Shown: in pieces, positions 53,695 through 63,638 of the stretch | How positions within the stretch are numbered: the first letter of the stretch is position 1 | Layout: every line of letters begins with the position of its first letter | Translations under genes and position numbers: made by a program | Source of the DNA: a virus | Lineage: Duplodnaviria > Caudoviricetes | Length of the DNA: 64,000 nucleotides | Virus record (IMG/VR): IMGVR_UViG_3300033068_001467 | Coordinates: 1-64,000 of that record | Direction: 5' to 3' (one strand) | The notes under the pieces: generated by a model | The model's input: the letters and a program-made list of their open reading frames with translations, nothing else | Database searches by the model: none | Told to the model about the DNA's origin: nothing

Positions 53695-53703
53695 CAAAAA
53701 TAC

Positions 53704-54810
53704 ATGCAATTAGACTCACGTATAAAAAGGGCAGGACAACTAGCAACAGAGGCTTTTACATATCTAAATAAACTACAACAAGGAGAAAAACAACTCTTAA
53801 AAACAGGTGATGAAGCTATTGATTGCCACATAACAGGGTTGTTACCCTCTGACTGTATATTATATGCCGCAAATAGTGGGATTGGAAAAACCAAAATGCT
53901 TTTTGACACCTTAGACCAAATACTTGATGAGAAAATAAACCCAAATGCTAAGAATATAAAAACTTTAGAGTTTCAATTAGAAATGAAATTTTTAAATAGA
54001 ATTCTTCGTAGTACAAGTAGTTTAACATCTAAGAAAAAGAGTAAAATTTTAACAGAAGAATTTACAGAAGAAGAAAAAGAGGTTGTGAGGAGGTATTATG
54101 AGGGTTTACAAGATGATAGAAGATATATTTGTGAGGAATCTATAACAACAAAGGATTTTTATGAGATGACTAAAACTTTTTGTGAATTAAACAAGGAGTC
54201 TGATTCTTTAATTATTTGCCTTGACCATTGCCTATTACTAAAGAAAGAAGATAAATTTGAAGACCCATTAGAAGCATTAACAAGTTATATTAATCAACTT
54301 AGAAAAGAGTTTAATAATGTCTATTTTATTTTACTATCGCAGATGAATCGTGGCAGTTTGACTAATATTTCGGACAGAGATAATTCTATGATACCAACAA
54401 CAGCTATGATTTATGGTAGTTCTCATTTTGAATTTCTTTGCTCTTATATTGTAGTTTTAGTTGACCCTTTTCGTTTAGGCGTAAATTCATACTTAAAAGT
54501 TAATCCTGAGCGTTATGATTGGTTATCTGATTATATGCAAGATGAAGATAAGAATGGTAAAGTTTCTTTTAACACTTTAAGTAATATGTTTAAATTTGTG
54601 TTAAAAACGAGGGAGTCAGATAACCCATATAAAAATTTGTTTGTGAAGAAGATGGATTTAACGTCTGACCAAATAGAGAAAATGAAACAATCTGTAGAAA
54701 CAAAACCCAACACAGCATTCATACAAACACCTGTATTCACACCTCAATCTCTAACAGCGTTTGAACCTGATTTTAAAACTTTATCGAATCCTGATGACAG
54801 CCCCTTTTAA
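53704..54810 (+). CDS. dnaB: DnaB-like replicative helicase
   Basis: AANSGIGKT, QLEM, CLDHCLL, LLSQMNR, YGSSHFE. Confidence 0.85.
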   Translation: MQLDSRIKRAGQLATEAFTYLNKLQQGEKQLLKTGDEAIDCHITGLLPSDCILYAANSGIGKTKMLFDTLDQILDEKINPNAKNIKTLEFQLEMKFLNRILRSTSSLTSKKKSKILTEEFTEEEKEVVRRYYEGLQDDRRYICEESITTKDFYEMTKTFCELNKESDSLIICLDHCLLLKKEDKFEDPLEALTSYINQLRKEFNNVYFILLSQMNRGSLTNISDRDNSMIPTTAMIYGSSHFEFLCSYIVVLVDPFRLGVNSYLKVNPERYDWLSDYMQDEDKNGKVSFNTLSNMFKFVLKTRESDNPYKNLFVKKMDLTSDQIEKMKQSVETKPNTAFIQTPVFTPQSLTAFEPDFKTLSNPDDSPF

Positions 54811-54829
54811 TTAAGGGGTTTATTTTTTT
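54799..54829 (+). terminator. Intrinsic terminator
   Basis: AGCCCCTT-TTAATT-AAGGGGTT plus T-run. Confidence 0.75.
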
Positions 54830-54897
54830 GTAAAAATATTTGTTTTATTGGAAAATTTTGTTTTACTTTGCAGAAGAAAATTAGAAAATTAGAAATT

Positions 54898-57206
54898 ATG
54901 TCACAATCATCACCCGAAGGAATAATTTTAGGAAAAGGCTCTAAGTTAGTAAGTTTTGAGCTGTCAATAAATAAAGAAAAAGTTTTACATATTGAGAAGA
55001 AACCTAATACTTTTTTAGGTTGGTTAGATAAATTTAAAAAGAAATTATGAGAGCAGAGGATTTTTTAACAGGTTTGGTGGTAGGTTTTGTAATAGGGTGC
55101 TTATTCGTTGGATTTTTATGGAATGAGTCTTGTAAATCCGAAAATCAGTAACTATGGAAAATAACACCACTTATATTTTCACTTTAAGAAACACAATTAA
55201 AAGTGAGCCACGTATTACTCAGGAGCGTATTTATTTAACTCCTTTTGAATATAAGAAATTCAGTTCCTTTGATTTTTTATTTTCCGCCGAAAAAGATAAA
55301 GGAAAGAAAGCAGATAAAGAAAAACTAAAGATGTTTAAGTTAGAAAGACCGCTTCAAGACTATTTTACAGATGGGAGTAGGTATTTAAAATTTTTGAATA
55401 AATTTGTAGAAACAACAGAAGGAATTGGTAATTTAAAAAATAAATAATTATGAAAAAATATATAGATTTATCAAAATATGATGATAAATATACTATTGCA
55501 CAATTAAAGAAAGCAATAGAAGCTGACGAAAAATTGGCAAAGGAAAAAGAAGATAAAGGATTACAAAAAATAAAAGAAAAATATCAAAATACTTATTTAA
55601 AATATATAGATGAAGATAATATATTTGGAAAAACATTAAATGTAGTCCATCTAAAAGAATATGTAAGAAGTGAAAGGACTACCGATTGGGAACTTATATA
55701 TTACTTTGAAGGGAGAGAAATATCTTTTTCAGAAAATAATCTTTTTTATAAAGTCTTTGATACTAACAGATGTAGTAATAGTTTTTCCGCAAAAGAATTA
55801 AAAGTAATGGAAATTATTACAGAAGAAGAGTATTTAAAATACGAAGATAAGTACAGACAGATTAGTGCTGAATTAGAAAATTTAATAAATTAAAATATGA
55901 CAAAATTTGCAATAACAATGGTAATGTTAATTCTTTTCGGGATACAACATCTTTTAAATTGGTTTTGGCGTAAAAATTACAAAGATGATTCGCTTATCGT
56001 TCTTGGTTTTTTACTTATGTTTATCTCTGTATTAGTTAGCTTAGGTGGGGTTTTATTAATAATTAATTGGGGTAATAAGCTTTGAAACTCTTAATCTTAC
56101 TATTTTTACTCCAAATTTCGGCGGTAAAAATAAATAAAACAGAAATAATAATCCAAAACACTCACTATACAGTAACAGAAAAGAAAACTTTATACAAAGA
56201 CACTCTATATTATTGCAAAGGTGATGTAGTTTTTAGAAGACACGATACAATACTTTACTATTACAAACAAGGAGAATATAAAAAATTTAAAATATGAGAA
56301 AATTTACAGTGTCTTACTACGCAGAAAGAAATGATGAATGTACAGACTTAGAAATAGATGTTGAGTGTAATTCTATTTGGGATGTTAAAGAAACTTTTGA
56401 AAAACAAGTTAGATTATATAAAAGAATTTACGAAATAAAAGAAATATGAGACTACCAAGTGAACCTGTAAAACAAACTTGTCCTGATATAAATCGGCTAC
56501 AAAAAACTATAGAAGAAATTAGAAATAATTTTGCAAGTTTTAAAGATACAGATAATGTTGATGATTTTTTAAGTTATATGGTAGATGCCTCATGGGAACT
56601 AAGAGGTGTTTATGATACGCTTGAAGAATTGAGGAGTGCTAATTCAGCTTTAAGAGATTGGGGGCATGAACTTACCTCTTTGGTAGAACAAATGGAGAAT
56701 GAAAAAGATAGTGAGATTGGAGAATTAGAAATTGAAATTTCGGCAAAAGAAGATAAAATAGAGGAGTTGGAAGAAATAATTGACGAACTAAAAGAACAAA
56801 TAGAAAATGACAACATACTTAGTAACAACAGAACTAAAAACCCCTTGGTGGTTAAAGCTACTTAGATTTTTCCGCATAAAAAATAAAAGAGAAGAATTTA
56901 AAATGATGTTTGATTATGATAGATATAAGGAAAATCACATTTTTTGCATATATAAACAAGACTTAAAGGTAATTAAAAATTATGAAAGGTAAATTAATAA
57001 AAATAGAAGGTAATTGGTGGGTTGAAACTTTTGATTTATACAAATTTAATCACCCATCAGAAATAGAAGTGTTAGACTACCCAAGAAATACTGTATTAGT
57101 AGAAGGTGAAGAAGTAGAGTTTGAAGCTGTTTCTATTGAGGATTATGTAGGTTTTGCAGGACACACGAGTTATCCTACATTTACAACTAAAGCTAGAATA
57201 TTTTGA
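54898..57206 (+). other. Run of small hypothetical ORFs, including a coiled-coil protein (56446-56865)
   Basis: ORF track, co-oriented. Confidence 0.6.
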
Positions 57207-57360
57207 GATGGTTTTGAGTGACTACCTTCAAGAAAATAAAAATAGTTACACTAAAATGGGTGTAGTTAGTTTTGATTTTAGATTATAATTTTCGCCGTAA
57301 AAAAGTTAAAAAACAGAGAAAAATGTACACCTACAAAGGTAAAGAATATAAAGTAATAAA

Positions 57361-59469
57361 ATGGAAAATACAGAAATATCGGTTTTAGATAATAAAATGT
57401 TTGTCACTTATGATATAGAAACTTTCTTGAGTATTTTCTGTGTTGTTTTTAAACATGCTGATAAATATAAAGTATTTGAAATAAGTGAAAGAATTGACCA
57501 ATATGACGAACTTGTGGAATTTATAAAATTGGGTTCTTCACAAGGCTGGTTTTTTGTGGGGTTTAATAATGTTCGATTTGATGCTCAGGTTTTACAATGG
57601 CTGTTAGATGCTAAAGAATCATTTAAAAAACTAACAGGGAAAACAAAAGCAAAACATATAATGGAGTTTGCACAATCTGTTATTGAAAAAATTAATAGAA
57701 AGGAATTTCCACCATATCAAGAATCTAAATTAACTTTCCAACAGTTAGATTTATATTTACAATCACATTACAATAATCGTGCAAGGTCTTGTAGCCTAAA
57801 ATGGTTGGAATACTCAATGAATTGGAACAAAATCCAAGATTTACCATATAAATTTGATGAAGTTTTAAGTTCAGATAAATTTGATGATGTAATCAAATAT
57901 TGTATTAATGATGTAGACGCTACAGAACAATTTTTCAAAAAATCTAAAAAACTTGTAGAATTGAGATTTGCTCAACAGGCTGAAAATATGCATTTGGAAT
58001 TATTCAATAAATCTGATAGTAGTATTGGAGAAGCTTTATTTTTAGATTTGATGTCAGAAAAATTACAAGTAGAAAAAAAGTACTTGAAAAAAATGCAAAC
58101 TCGTAGAGAAAGTATTGAATTAAAAGATGTTATTCTTCCTTATATTAAATTTGAAACTCCCGAATTCAATTCTGTTTTAGAATTTTTCAAGCAACAGATT
58201 ATTACAGAAGCTACAAAAGATGCTTTTAAACATTTAATGGTGTTTGATGGTATGGAATATTTCTATGGTTTAGGTGGTTTACACGCCGCACGAGATAATT
58301 CCATCTTCAAATCAGACGAAGAAAATATAGTTTTATCAGTGGATTTTGCAAGTTTTTATCCAAATATCTCAATTAGAAATAGACTTTACCCTGAACATTT
58401 ATCAGAATCTTTCTGTATATTGTATGAGGAATTATTTGAAAAACGTAAATTAATTCCTAAATCAAACCCTCAAAATACAGCAATCAAACTTCTACTTAAT
58501 AGTAGTTTTGGTAAGGCGGGGGATGAATATAGTTTTCTTTATGATAAATTATTTCAAATGGCTATTACAGTTAATGGTCAATTAATTCTTTCCATGCTTT
58601 GTGAACAACTTTCTCAAATCGAAGGTGTGAGGATGGTTATGGTAAATACGGACGGAGCGGAACTAATTGTACCAAAAGTCAAAAAAAGAGAAGTGTATAA
58701 TGTTTGTTTAGATATAGAAAAATTAACACAGTTGCAATTAGAATATTCAGTTTATGATAAATTATTTACTCGCGACATCAATAATTATTTGGGAATTGAT
58801 ATTAATGGTAAAGTAAAAACAAAGGGATGTTTCGATATTGATTTAGAATTACATAAAAACCGTTCAGAAAGAATTGTTCCTCTTGCTATAAAAAGATATT
58901 TTGTAAATGACGTTCCTGTAGACGATACAATCAAAAATCATTTGAAAGTTGGTAATTATGGTAAAATTGAGAATCAAGGAATTTATGATTTCTGTATAGG
59001 TAAAAAAATACAAAGTAATCAAAATTATACTATTGAGGATGATGGGGGAAATATATTAAAGAATATTGATGACAAAGTTATTCGTTTTTATGTTTCTACC
59101 GATGGAAATAATCTAAGAAAAAATTATAATGATGGTCGAAAGGAAATTACAGTTGGGGGAAATAAAATAACTATGTTTATGGATTATTATAAATCTGAGG
59201 ATTACAAAGTAGATTATGATTATTACATAAACCAAGCAAATAAAATTATCCATGCTGTTGATGGTACAACTGAAAGATTAGAAGCTCAAAGAAAGGCTGA
59301 AATAGCCCGTTTAAAGCAAGAAAAAGAAGAGAATGACTATATTACTTATTGCTTAAATAAAACACCTACAACACTACAATTTGCTAAATATGGAAAACCT
59401 TATATTGTAGCTAAATTAGGTGAACCAAAAGAAATAAAACCATCGAAAATTAAGTTACACACAGATTAA
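57361..59469 (+). CDS. Family B DNA polymerase
   Basis: ExoI YDIETF, ExoII GFNNVRFD, ExoIII YCINDV, motif A SVDFASFYP, motif B KLLLNSSFGK, motif C VNTDG; no intein or intron seen. Confidence 0.95.
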   Translation: MENTEISVLDNKMFVTYDIETFLSIFCVVFKHADKYKVFEISERIDQYDELVEFIKLGSSQGWFFVGFNNVRFDAQVLQWLLDAKESFKKLTGKTKAKHIMEFAQSVIEKINRKEFPPYQESKLTFQQLDLYLQSHYNNRARSCSLKWLEYSMNWNKIQDLPYKFDEVLSSDKFDDVIKYCINDVDATEQFFKKSKKLVELRFAQQAENMHLELFNKSDSSIGEALFLDLMSEKLQVEKKYLKKMQTRRESIELKDVILPYIKFETPEFNSVLEFFKQQIITEATKDAFKHLMVFDGMEYFYGLGGLHAARDNSIFKSDEENIVLSVDFASFYPNISIRNRLYPEHLSESFCILYEELFEKRKLIPKSNPQNTAIKLLLNSSFGKAGDEYSFLYDKLFQMAITVNGQLILSMLCEQLSQIEGVRMVMVNTDGAELIVPKVKKREVYNVCLDIEKLTQLQLEYSVYDKLFTRDINNYLGIDINGKVKTKGCFDIDLELHKNRSERIVPLAIKRYFVNDVPVDDTIKNHLKVGNYGKIENQGIYDFCIGKKIQSNQNYTIEDDGGNILKNIDDKVIRFYVSTDGNNLRKNYNDGRKEITVGGNKITMFMDYYKSEDYKVDYDYYINQANKIIHAVDGTTERLEAQRKAEIARLKQEKEENDYITYCLNKTPTTLQFAKYGKPYIVAKLGEPKEIKPSKIKLHTD

Positions 59470-59503
59470 CCAAGTTGTAAATTGTAAAACTAATTATTAT
59501 ATT

Positions 59504-59617
59504 TACACTTTAATTTATCGTGCAGGGTATTTTGAAAACTAATTTAAATAAAAAAGACATATAATATAGAGATGCCAATCTGATTCCTCTGCACAGGATG
59601 ATGATTGGTTTTCTCAT
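59504..59617 (+). promoter_or_regulatory. Promoter plus leader tag GTGCAG and hairpin loop CTGCAC upstream of the GIY-YIG gene
   Basis: TATATTTA, then GTGCAGG; hairpin CCAATC/GATTGG with inner TCCT-CTGCAC-AGGA. Confidence 0.5.
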
Positions 59618-59634
59618 TTTTACAAGTCGAAGCT

Positions 59635-60429
59635 ATGAAAGAAGTAAAAAGTGGTATTTATGGAATTAAAAATTTAATAAATGACAAAATATACATAGGT
59701 AAGTCAAAAAATATCTTTAAAAGATGGGCAGTACATAAGTCCGAATTAAAAAGATGTGTAAAAAAGAAAGATACAAACAGGTTTTTATGGAATGCTGTTA
59801 AAAAGTATGGACTTGAAAAATTTGAGTTTATTATAATAGAAGAATTACCTATTGATGAGGAATTATTTAAAATAAGAGAACTGTATTGGATGGATTATTT
59901 TGACAGTTGTAATAGAGATTTTGGATACAATTTAAGAAGAGATTCTAAAACAAATATGATAGTACATGAAGATACAAAAAAATTATTAAAAGAGTTAGTG
60001 AAGGGTAGTGGTAATCCTAATTTTGGTAATACTTGGTCTGATGAACAGAAAAAATATATGTCAGAGCTTAAAAAAGAAGGGTATAAGAATGGAACACTAC
60101 TTGTTAATAAAGAGGCTCTTAAAAAGGGCAGAGAAGAAACACAAAAAAGATATGAGGAAAATCCACAATTGAAAATTAATATGCGAAAAAAAGTTTCTGA
60201 AAATCATAACTTATATCAATATTTAAAAATAGATAGAGTAAGTGGAGAAATATTAGAGACATTTGAAAATAGATTAGAACTTTTAGAAAAATATCCTGAG
60301 TATAAAACAAGCCCTCTATTATCTGTTTGTAATGGTTGGAAATCTTCCTATAAAGGGTTTATTTGGAGATATAGGATTAGAGAGACAAATCAAATAATTG
60401 AGCCTGAATGTAAGTATTGTAAAAAGTAA
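59635..60429 (+). CDS. GIY-YIG homing endonuclease (free-standing, next to the polymerase gene)
   Basis: SGIYGIKN....KIYIGKS.NI..RW..H...RE.YW...GYN; NPNFG; C-terminal NUMOD1-like region; ATG at 59635. Confidence 0.9.
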   Translation: MKEVKSGIYGIKNLINDKIYIGKSKNIFKRWAVHKSELKRCVKKKDTNRFLWNAVKKYGLEKFEFIIIEELPIDEELFKIRELYWMDYFDSCNRDFGYNLRRDSKTNMIVHEDTKKLLKELVKGSGNPNFGNTWSDEQKKYMSELKKEGYKNGTLLVNKEALKKGREETQKRYEENPQLKINMRKKVSENHNLYQYLKIDRVSGEILETFENRLELLEKYPEYKTSPLLSVCNGWKSSYKGFIWRYRIRETNQIIEPECKYCKK

Positions 60430-60502
60430 CAGACAAAGAGATTTGTATTCTAAGGATTGGCTTATAGATAAATATGGTTTACCTAAATCAAGAGAAGAAA
60501 TT

Positions 60503-60525
60503 AAAGAGTCTATATAAGGCTCTTT
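60503..60525 (+). terminator. Probable terminator hairpin
   Basis: AAAGAGTC-TATATAA-GGCTCTTT. Confidence 0.5.
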
Positions 60526-60639
60526 GTTATTTAAAATGGTTCTAAATTACTGTTTTTTCAGTTTTTTATGCGGAAAAAAATGCTAATCGCTTGCGTATAT
60601 CATAATTAATAACTACATTTGTCGAATAAAATATAAAAC

Positions 60640-61752
60640 ATGTTACCAAAAAATTCAAAGATTATTTTTAGAGGTATTGTAGGAAGTCAGTCTTATGGCT
60701 TGGCTACTGAAACTTCAGATACAGATTATAAAACTATTTACATTCAATCTAATGAGGATATTTTATCTAATAATTATATTGCTCAAATTGATATAAATAA
60801 GGATGACGTGGCGTACGAGTTACGCAGATTCTTAGAGCTTGTTTCAACAGGAAACCCTAACGTACTTGAACTTTTATTTTTGCCCGAAAAATGTATTTTA
60901 GAATCTTCTGCGGAATATGAATATTTAAGAGCCAATAGAGATATGTTTTTAACCAAAACCTGTTACTACACTTATTCAGGATATGCTAAAACACAACTTG
61001 GAAAAGCGAGAGGGATTAATAAAAAATTCAGGTGGGAAGAAAGTAAAACTGTTAGACAAAATGTTTTAGATTTTTGTAAAATTATTGACAGGCAAAGTGG
61101 TAAAAGCTCAACTTTAAAAGATTGGTTAAAATTAAATGAATATACTCAAGAACAATGCGGGTTAGCACAAGTTGAGGGTTTTAGAGATTGTTACAGACTT
61201 TACACTGATGATATTAAGTGGGTTAGAGATAATCAAGCTAATCATAGATTTGGAGATATTGAGTTTGAGACTCGTAATTATAAAGGTATAGCTGATGAAA
61301 ATTCAAATGAACCTAGAAAATCAGAGATTGAAAAGTATAGAATTGATGAGTGGAAAGGTTTAATATATTGGAATAGAGAAAGTTACAGCACACATTGTAA
61401 GGAATATCGAGAATATGAGAATTGGTTAAAAAACAGAAATGAAAATAGAGTTGCTACAAATAAAGCACATGGACAACAGTTTGATTCAAAAAATCTTTTA
61501 CACTTAGTTCGTTTAATTATGACAGCTCAAGAGATACCTTTAGAAAAAACAATTAATGTTGATAGAACTCCTAATAGAGAATACTTACTTTCTGTAAAAA
61601 GAGGGGAAGTTGATTTAAATTCTATTGTAGAAGAGTGGGGTAAAAAAGCAGAAGAATTAGAGCAATTATATTTGGACAGTGATTTACCTGAAAAAGTAGA
61701 TATTGAAGTAACAAAACAATTAGAACTTAAAATTAGAAAAAATGAATTATAA
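60640..61752 (+). CDS. Predicted nucleotidyltransferase (PF10127 / RlaP-like)
   Basis: GIVGSQSYGLATETSDTD, YELRRFLEL...GNPNVLELLF, YSGYA..QL, KNLLHLVRL, LLSVKRG. Confidence 0.85.
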   Translation: MLPKNSKIIFRGIVGSQSYGLATETSDTDYKTIYIQSNEDILSNNYIAQIDINKDDVAYELRRFLELVSTGNPNVLELLFLPEKCILESSAEYEYLRANRDMFLTKTCYYTYSGYAKTQLGKARGINKKFRWEESKTVRQNVLDFCKIIDRQSGKSSTLKDWLKLNEYTQEQCGLAQVEGFRDCYRLYTDDIKWVRDNQANHRFGDIEFETRNYKGIADENSNEPRKSEIEKYRIDEWKGLIYWNRESYSTHCKEYREYENWLKNRNENRVATNKAHGQQFDSKNLLHLVRLIMTAQEIPLEKTINVDRTPNREYLLSVKRGEVDLNSIVEEWGKKAEELEQLYLDSDLPEKVDIEVTKQLELKIRKNEL

Positions 61753-62452
61753 AATAGTTAAGTGTGAGGAAACCTTTAATCAGTTTTTAGAGTGGCTTCC
61801 TGAGTTAGAAGATGGTCAAAAGTTTTATTTTAGTCTTTTTGCCCGCAAAAAATTTGGTAAAACAGAGGGGTTAAAAGCCGATAAAGGGCAGTTGAAAAGA
61901 TTCACTACATCTAAAGAGCAAGCTTTAAATAAGATTAAAAAACTAGAGGTTGAATTAAGTTCTTATGAAGTAGATGGTGTGAAAGTTAATGAAGAAAGTT
62001 TAGTTTTATATGTGACTGTAAATCCTCGTGATATGCACAAAGCGGGTTTAAAAACAGCTAAAGAGTTAGTTTCTATGATGGCTGATGGAAAAACTATTTA
62101 TAATCCTCAATCTGTAGCTTTAAATCAAATTCAAGTTACAGGAGTTAAAAAGTATTTTGATATTGATTTAGACTTGAAAGAGGGACAAACTTTATCACAT
62201 ATTCAGCTTTACGATGTATTGATGGATAAAGATTTAATAAATGCAAATGCTGTTGATAAAAATATTATTAAAACAAGAGGTGGTTATCATATATTAGTTG
62301 AGCTTGATAAAATTTCAGAACCTTATAAAAAATCTTGGTATAATAATTTTAGCCAATTAAAAGATGAGCGTTTTACTATTATGATGAATGGAGATAATAT
62401 GACTCCTGTTCCTGGCTGTATACAATCTGATTTTGTACCTTATTTAATTTAA
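61742..62452 (+). CDS. Hypothetical protein, possible archaeo-eukaryotic primase (AEP) fold
   Basis: YFDIDLD (DxD) and KTRGGYH (T..G.H) spacing. Confidence 0.45.
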   Translation: MNYKIVKCEETFNQFLEWLPELEDGQKFYFSLFARKKFGKTEGLKADKGQLKRFTTSKEQALNKIKKLEVELSSYEVDGVKVNEESLVLYVTVNPRDMHKAGLKTAKELVSMMADGKTIYNPQSVALNQIQVTGVKKYFDIDLDLKEGQTLSHIQLYDVLMDKDLINANAVDKNIIKTRGGYHILVELDKISEPYKKSWYNNFSQLKDERFTIMMNGDNMTPVPGCIQSDFVPYLI

Positions 62453-62484
62453 AAACATGATAAAAATATTCGTAAGCTATCATA

Positions 62485-62538
62485 TAACGTTAAGGTGCTT
62501 TGCGCTCGTTTTAATGGCGCAAAACACGTGTTACCTGC
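62485..62538 (-). repeat. Short attC-like site
   Basis: TAAC-GTTAAG-GTGCTTTGCGC-N11-GCGCAAAACAC-GT-GTTACCTGC. Confidence 0.8.
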
Positions 62539-62596
62539 TGGTGCGGTTAATTAACGAGAAATTTAAATTGAAATACTAAACAAAAAAATATTAAAA

Positions 62597-63478
62597 ATGA
62601 GCGTAGGCAAAAAAGAAAAAATTAACGTATTATCACTATTTGATGGTATGAGTTGTGGACAAATAGCTTTAAATAAAGTAGGAATTGAGTATGAAAATTA
62701 CTTTGCTTCTGAAATAGAACAAGCACCTATAAAAGTTACGCAACATAATTACCCTAATACTATACAATTAGGTAGTGTTATTGATGTAAAAGGAGTTGAT
62801 TTACCAAAAATAGATTTAATGTTTGGTGGAAGTCCTTGCCAATCATTTTCAAACGCTGGTAAAGGAGAAGGATTTGATGGAAAAAGTGGGTTGTTTTGGG
62901 AATATGTAAGAATATTGAAAGAGGTAAATCCAACTTACTTTTTACTTGAAAATGTAAAGATGAAGAAAGAATGGAAAGATATTATTTCTAAAGAATTAGG
63001 TGTTGAGCCTATCGAAATAAATAGTTCTTTACTATCTGCTCAAAATAGACCAAGATTATATTGGACAAATATTCCAAATGTTGATATTCCAAAAGATAAA
63101 GGGCTTTTATTTAAAGATGTATTAAATAGTGATTATGAATTTAAACCTTTAACAAAATGGTTTTTTTCTAAATGGGGAGATAAACAAAAAATTGATACTT
63201 TAAAAACAATTGAAGCTGAAAAATCATTTTGTTTAACAACAAATAAAAGCCATTCAAAAAACTATTACTTAACACCTGATAAAACTATGGCTCGTATGCT
63301 TGAAAGAGATGAAGTAGAAAGATTGCAAACTATCCCTAACGGATATACAAATATTGTTTCAAAAACAGATGCACATAAAATGATTGGGAATGGATGGACG
63401 GTAGATGTAATTGCTCATATTTTTTCTTCTTTAAAGGAGGGGGAAATTTTTAATAATTTTTCTAACGAAAATGTTTAA
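62597..63478 (+). CDS. DNA cytosine-5 methyltransferase carried as a gene cassette
   Basis: VLSLFDGMSCG, GGSPCQ, LLENV, QNRPRLYW, IGNGW; bracketed by GTTACCTGC (62530-62538) and GCAGGTAAC (63501-63509). Confidence 0.92.
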   Translation: MSVGKKEKINVLSLFDGMSCGQIALNKVGIEYENYFASEIEQAPIKVTQHNYPNTIQLGSVIDVKGVDLPKIDLMFGGSPCQSFSNAGKGEGFDGKSGLFWEYVRILKEVNPTYFLLENVKMKKEWKDIISKELGVEPIEINSSLLSAQNRPRLYWTNIPNVDIPKDKGLLFKDVLNSDYEFKPLTKWFFSKWGDKQKIDTLKTIEAEKSFCLTTNKSHSKNYYLTPDKTMARMLERDEVERLQTIPNGYTNIVSKTDAHKMIGNGWTVDVIAHIFSSLKEGEIFNNFSNENV

Positions 63479-63500
63479 TAGAAGAGCGAATGAAGCACTT

Positions 63501-63638
63501 GCAGGTAACGTTTCGCAACTTGTGTTAGTTGCGTAAATTAAAAAACAAACTTAACAAAAATTAATTAACATTAAATTTAAAACAATGGAAACAAATAAAA
63601 CACATACTGAGCAATTGACACAAGATGCTGTTATGCAA
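63501..63638 (-). repeat. attC-like site
   Basis: GCAGGTAAC-GTTTC-GCAACTTGTGTTAGTTGC ... GCAATTGACACAAGATGC-T-GTTATGCAA; arms match at 15 of 18. Confidence 0.8.

Noticed and set aside
57361-59469. Intein or group I intron in the polymerase, RecA or helicase
   Set aside because: Motif spacing is continuous; the nearby endonucleases are free-standing between genes.
3400-60580. Reading the T-tract/CG/A-tract motifs as intrinsic terminators
   Set aside because: Stems are almost all A-T, the T-run precedes the GC core, both orientations occur, and copies sit between tightly coupled genes.
62521-62533. Second parS (AACACGTGTT)
   Set aside because: Only the CACGTG core matches; it is part of the attC-like arm and core.
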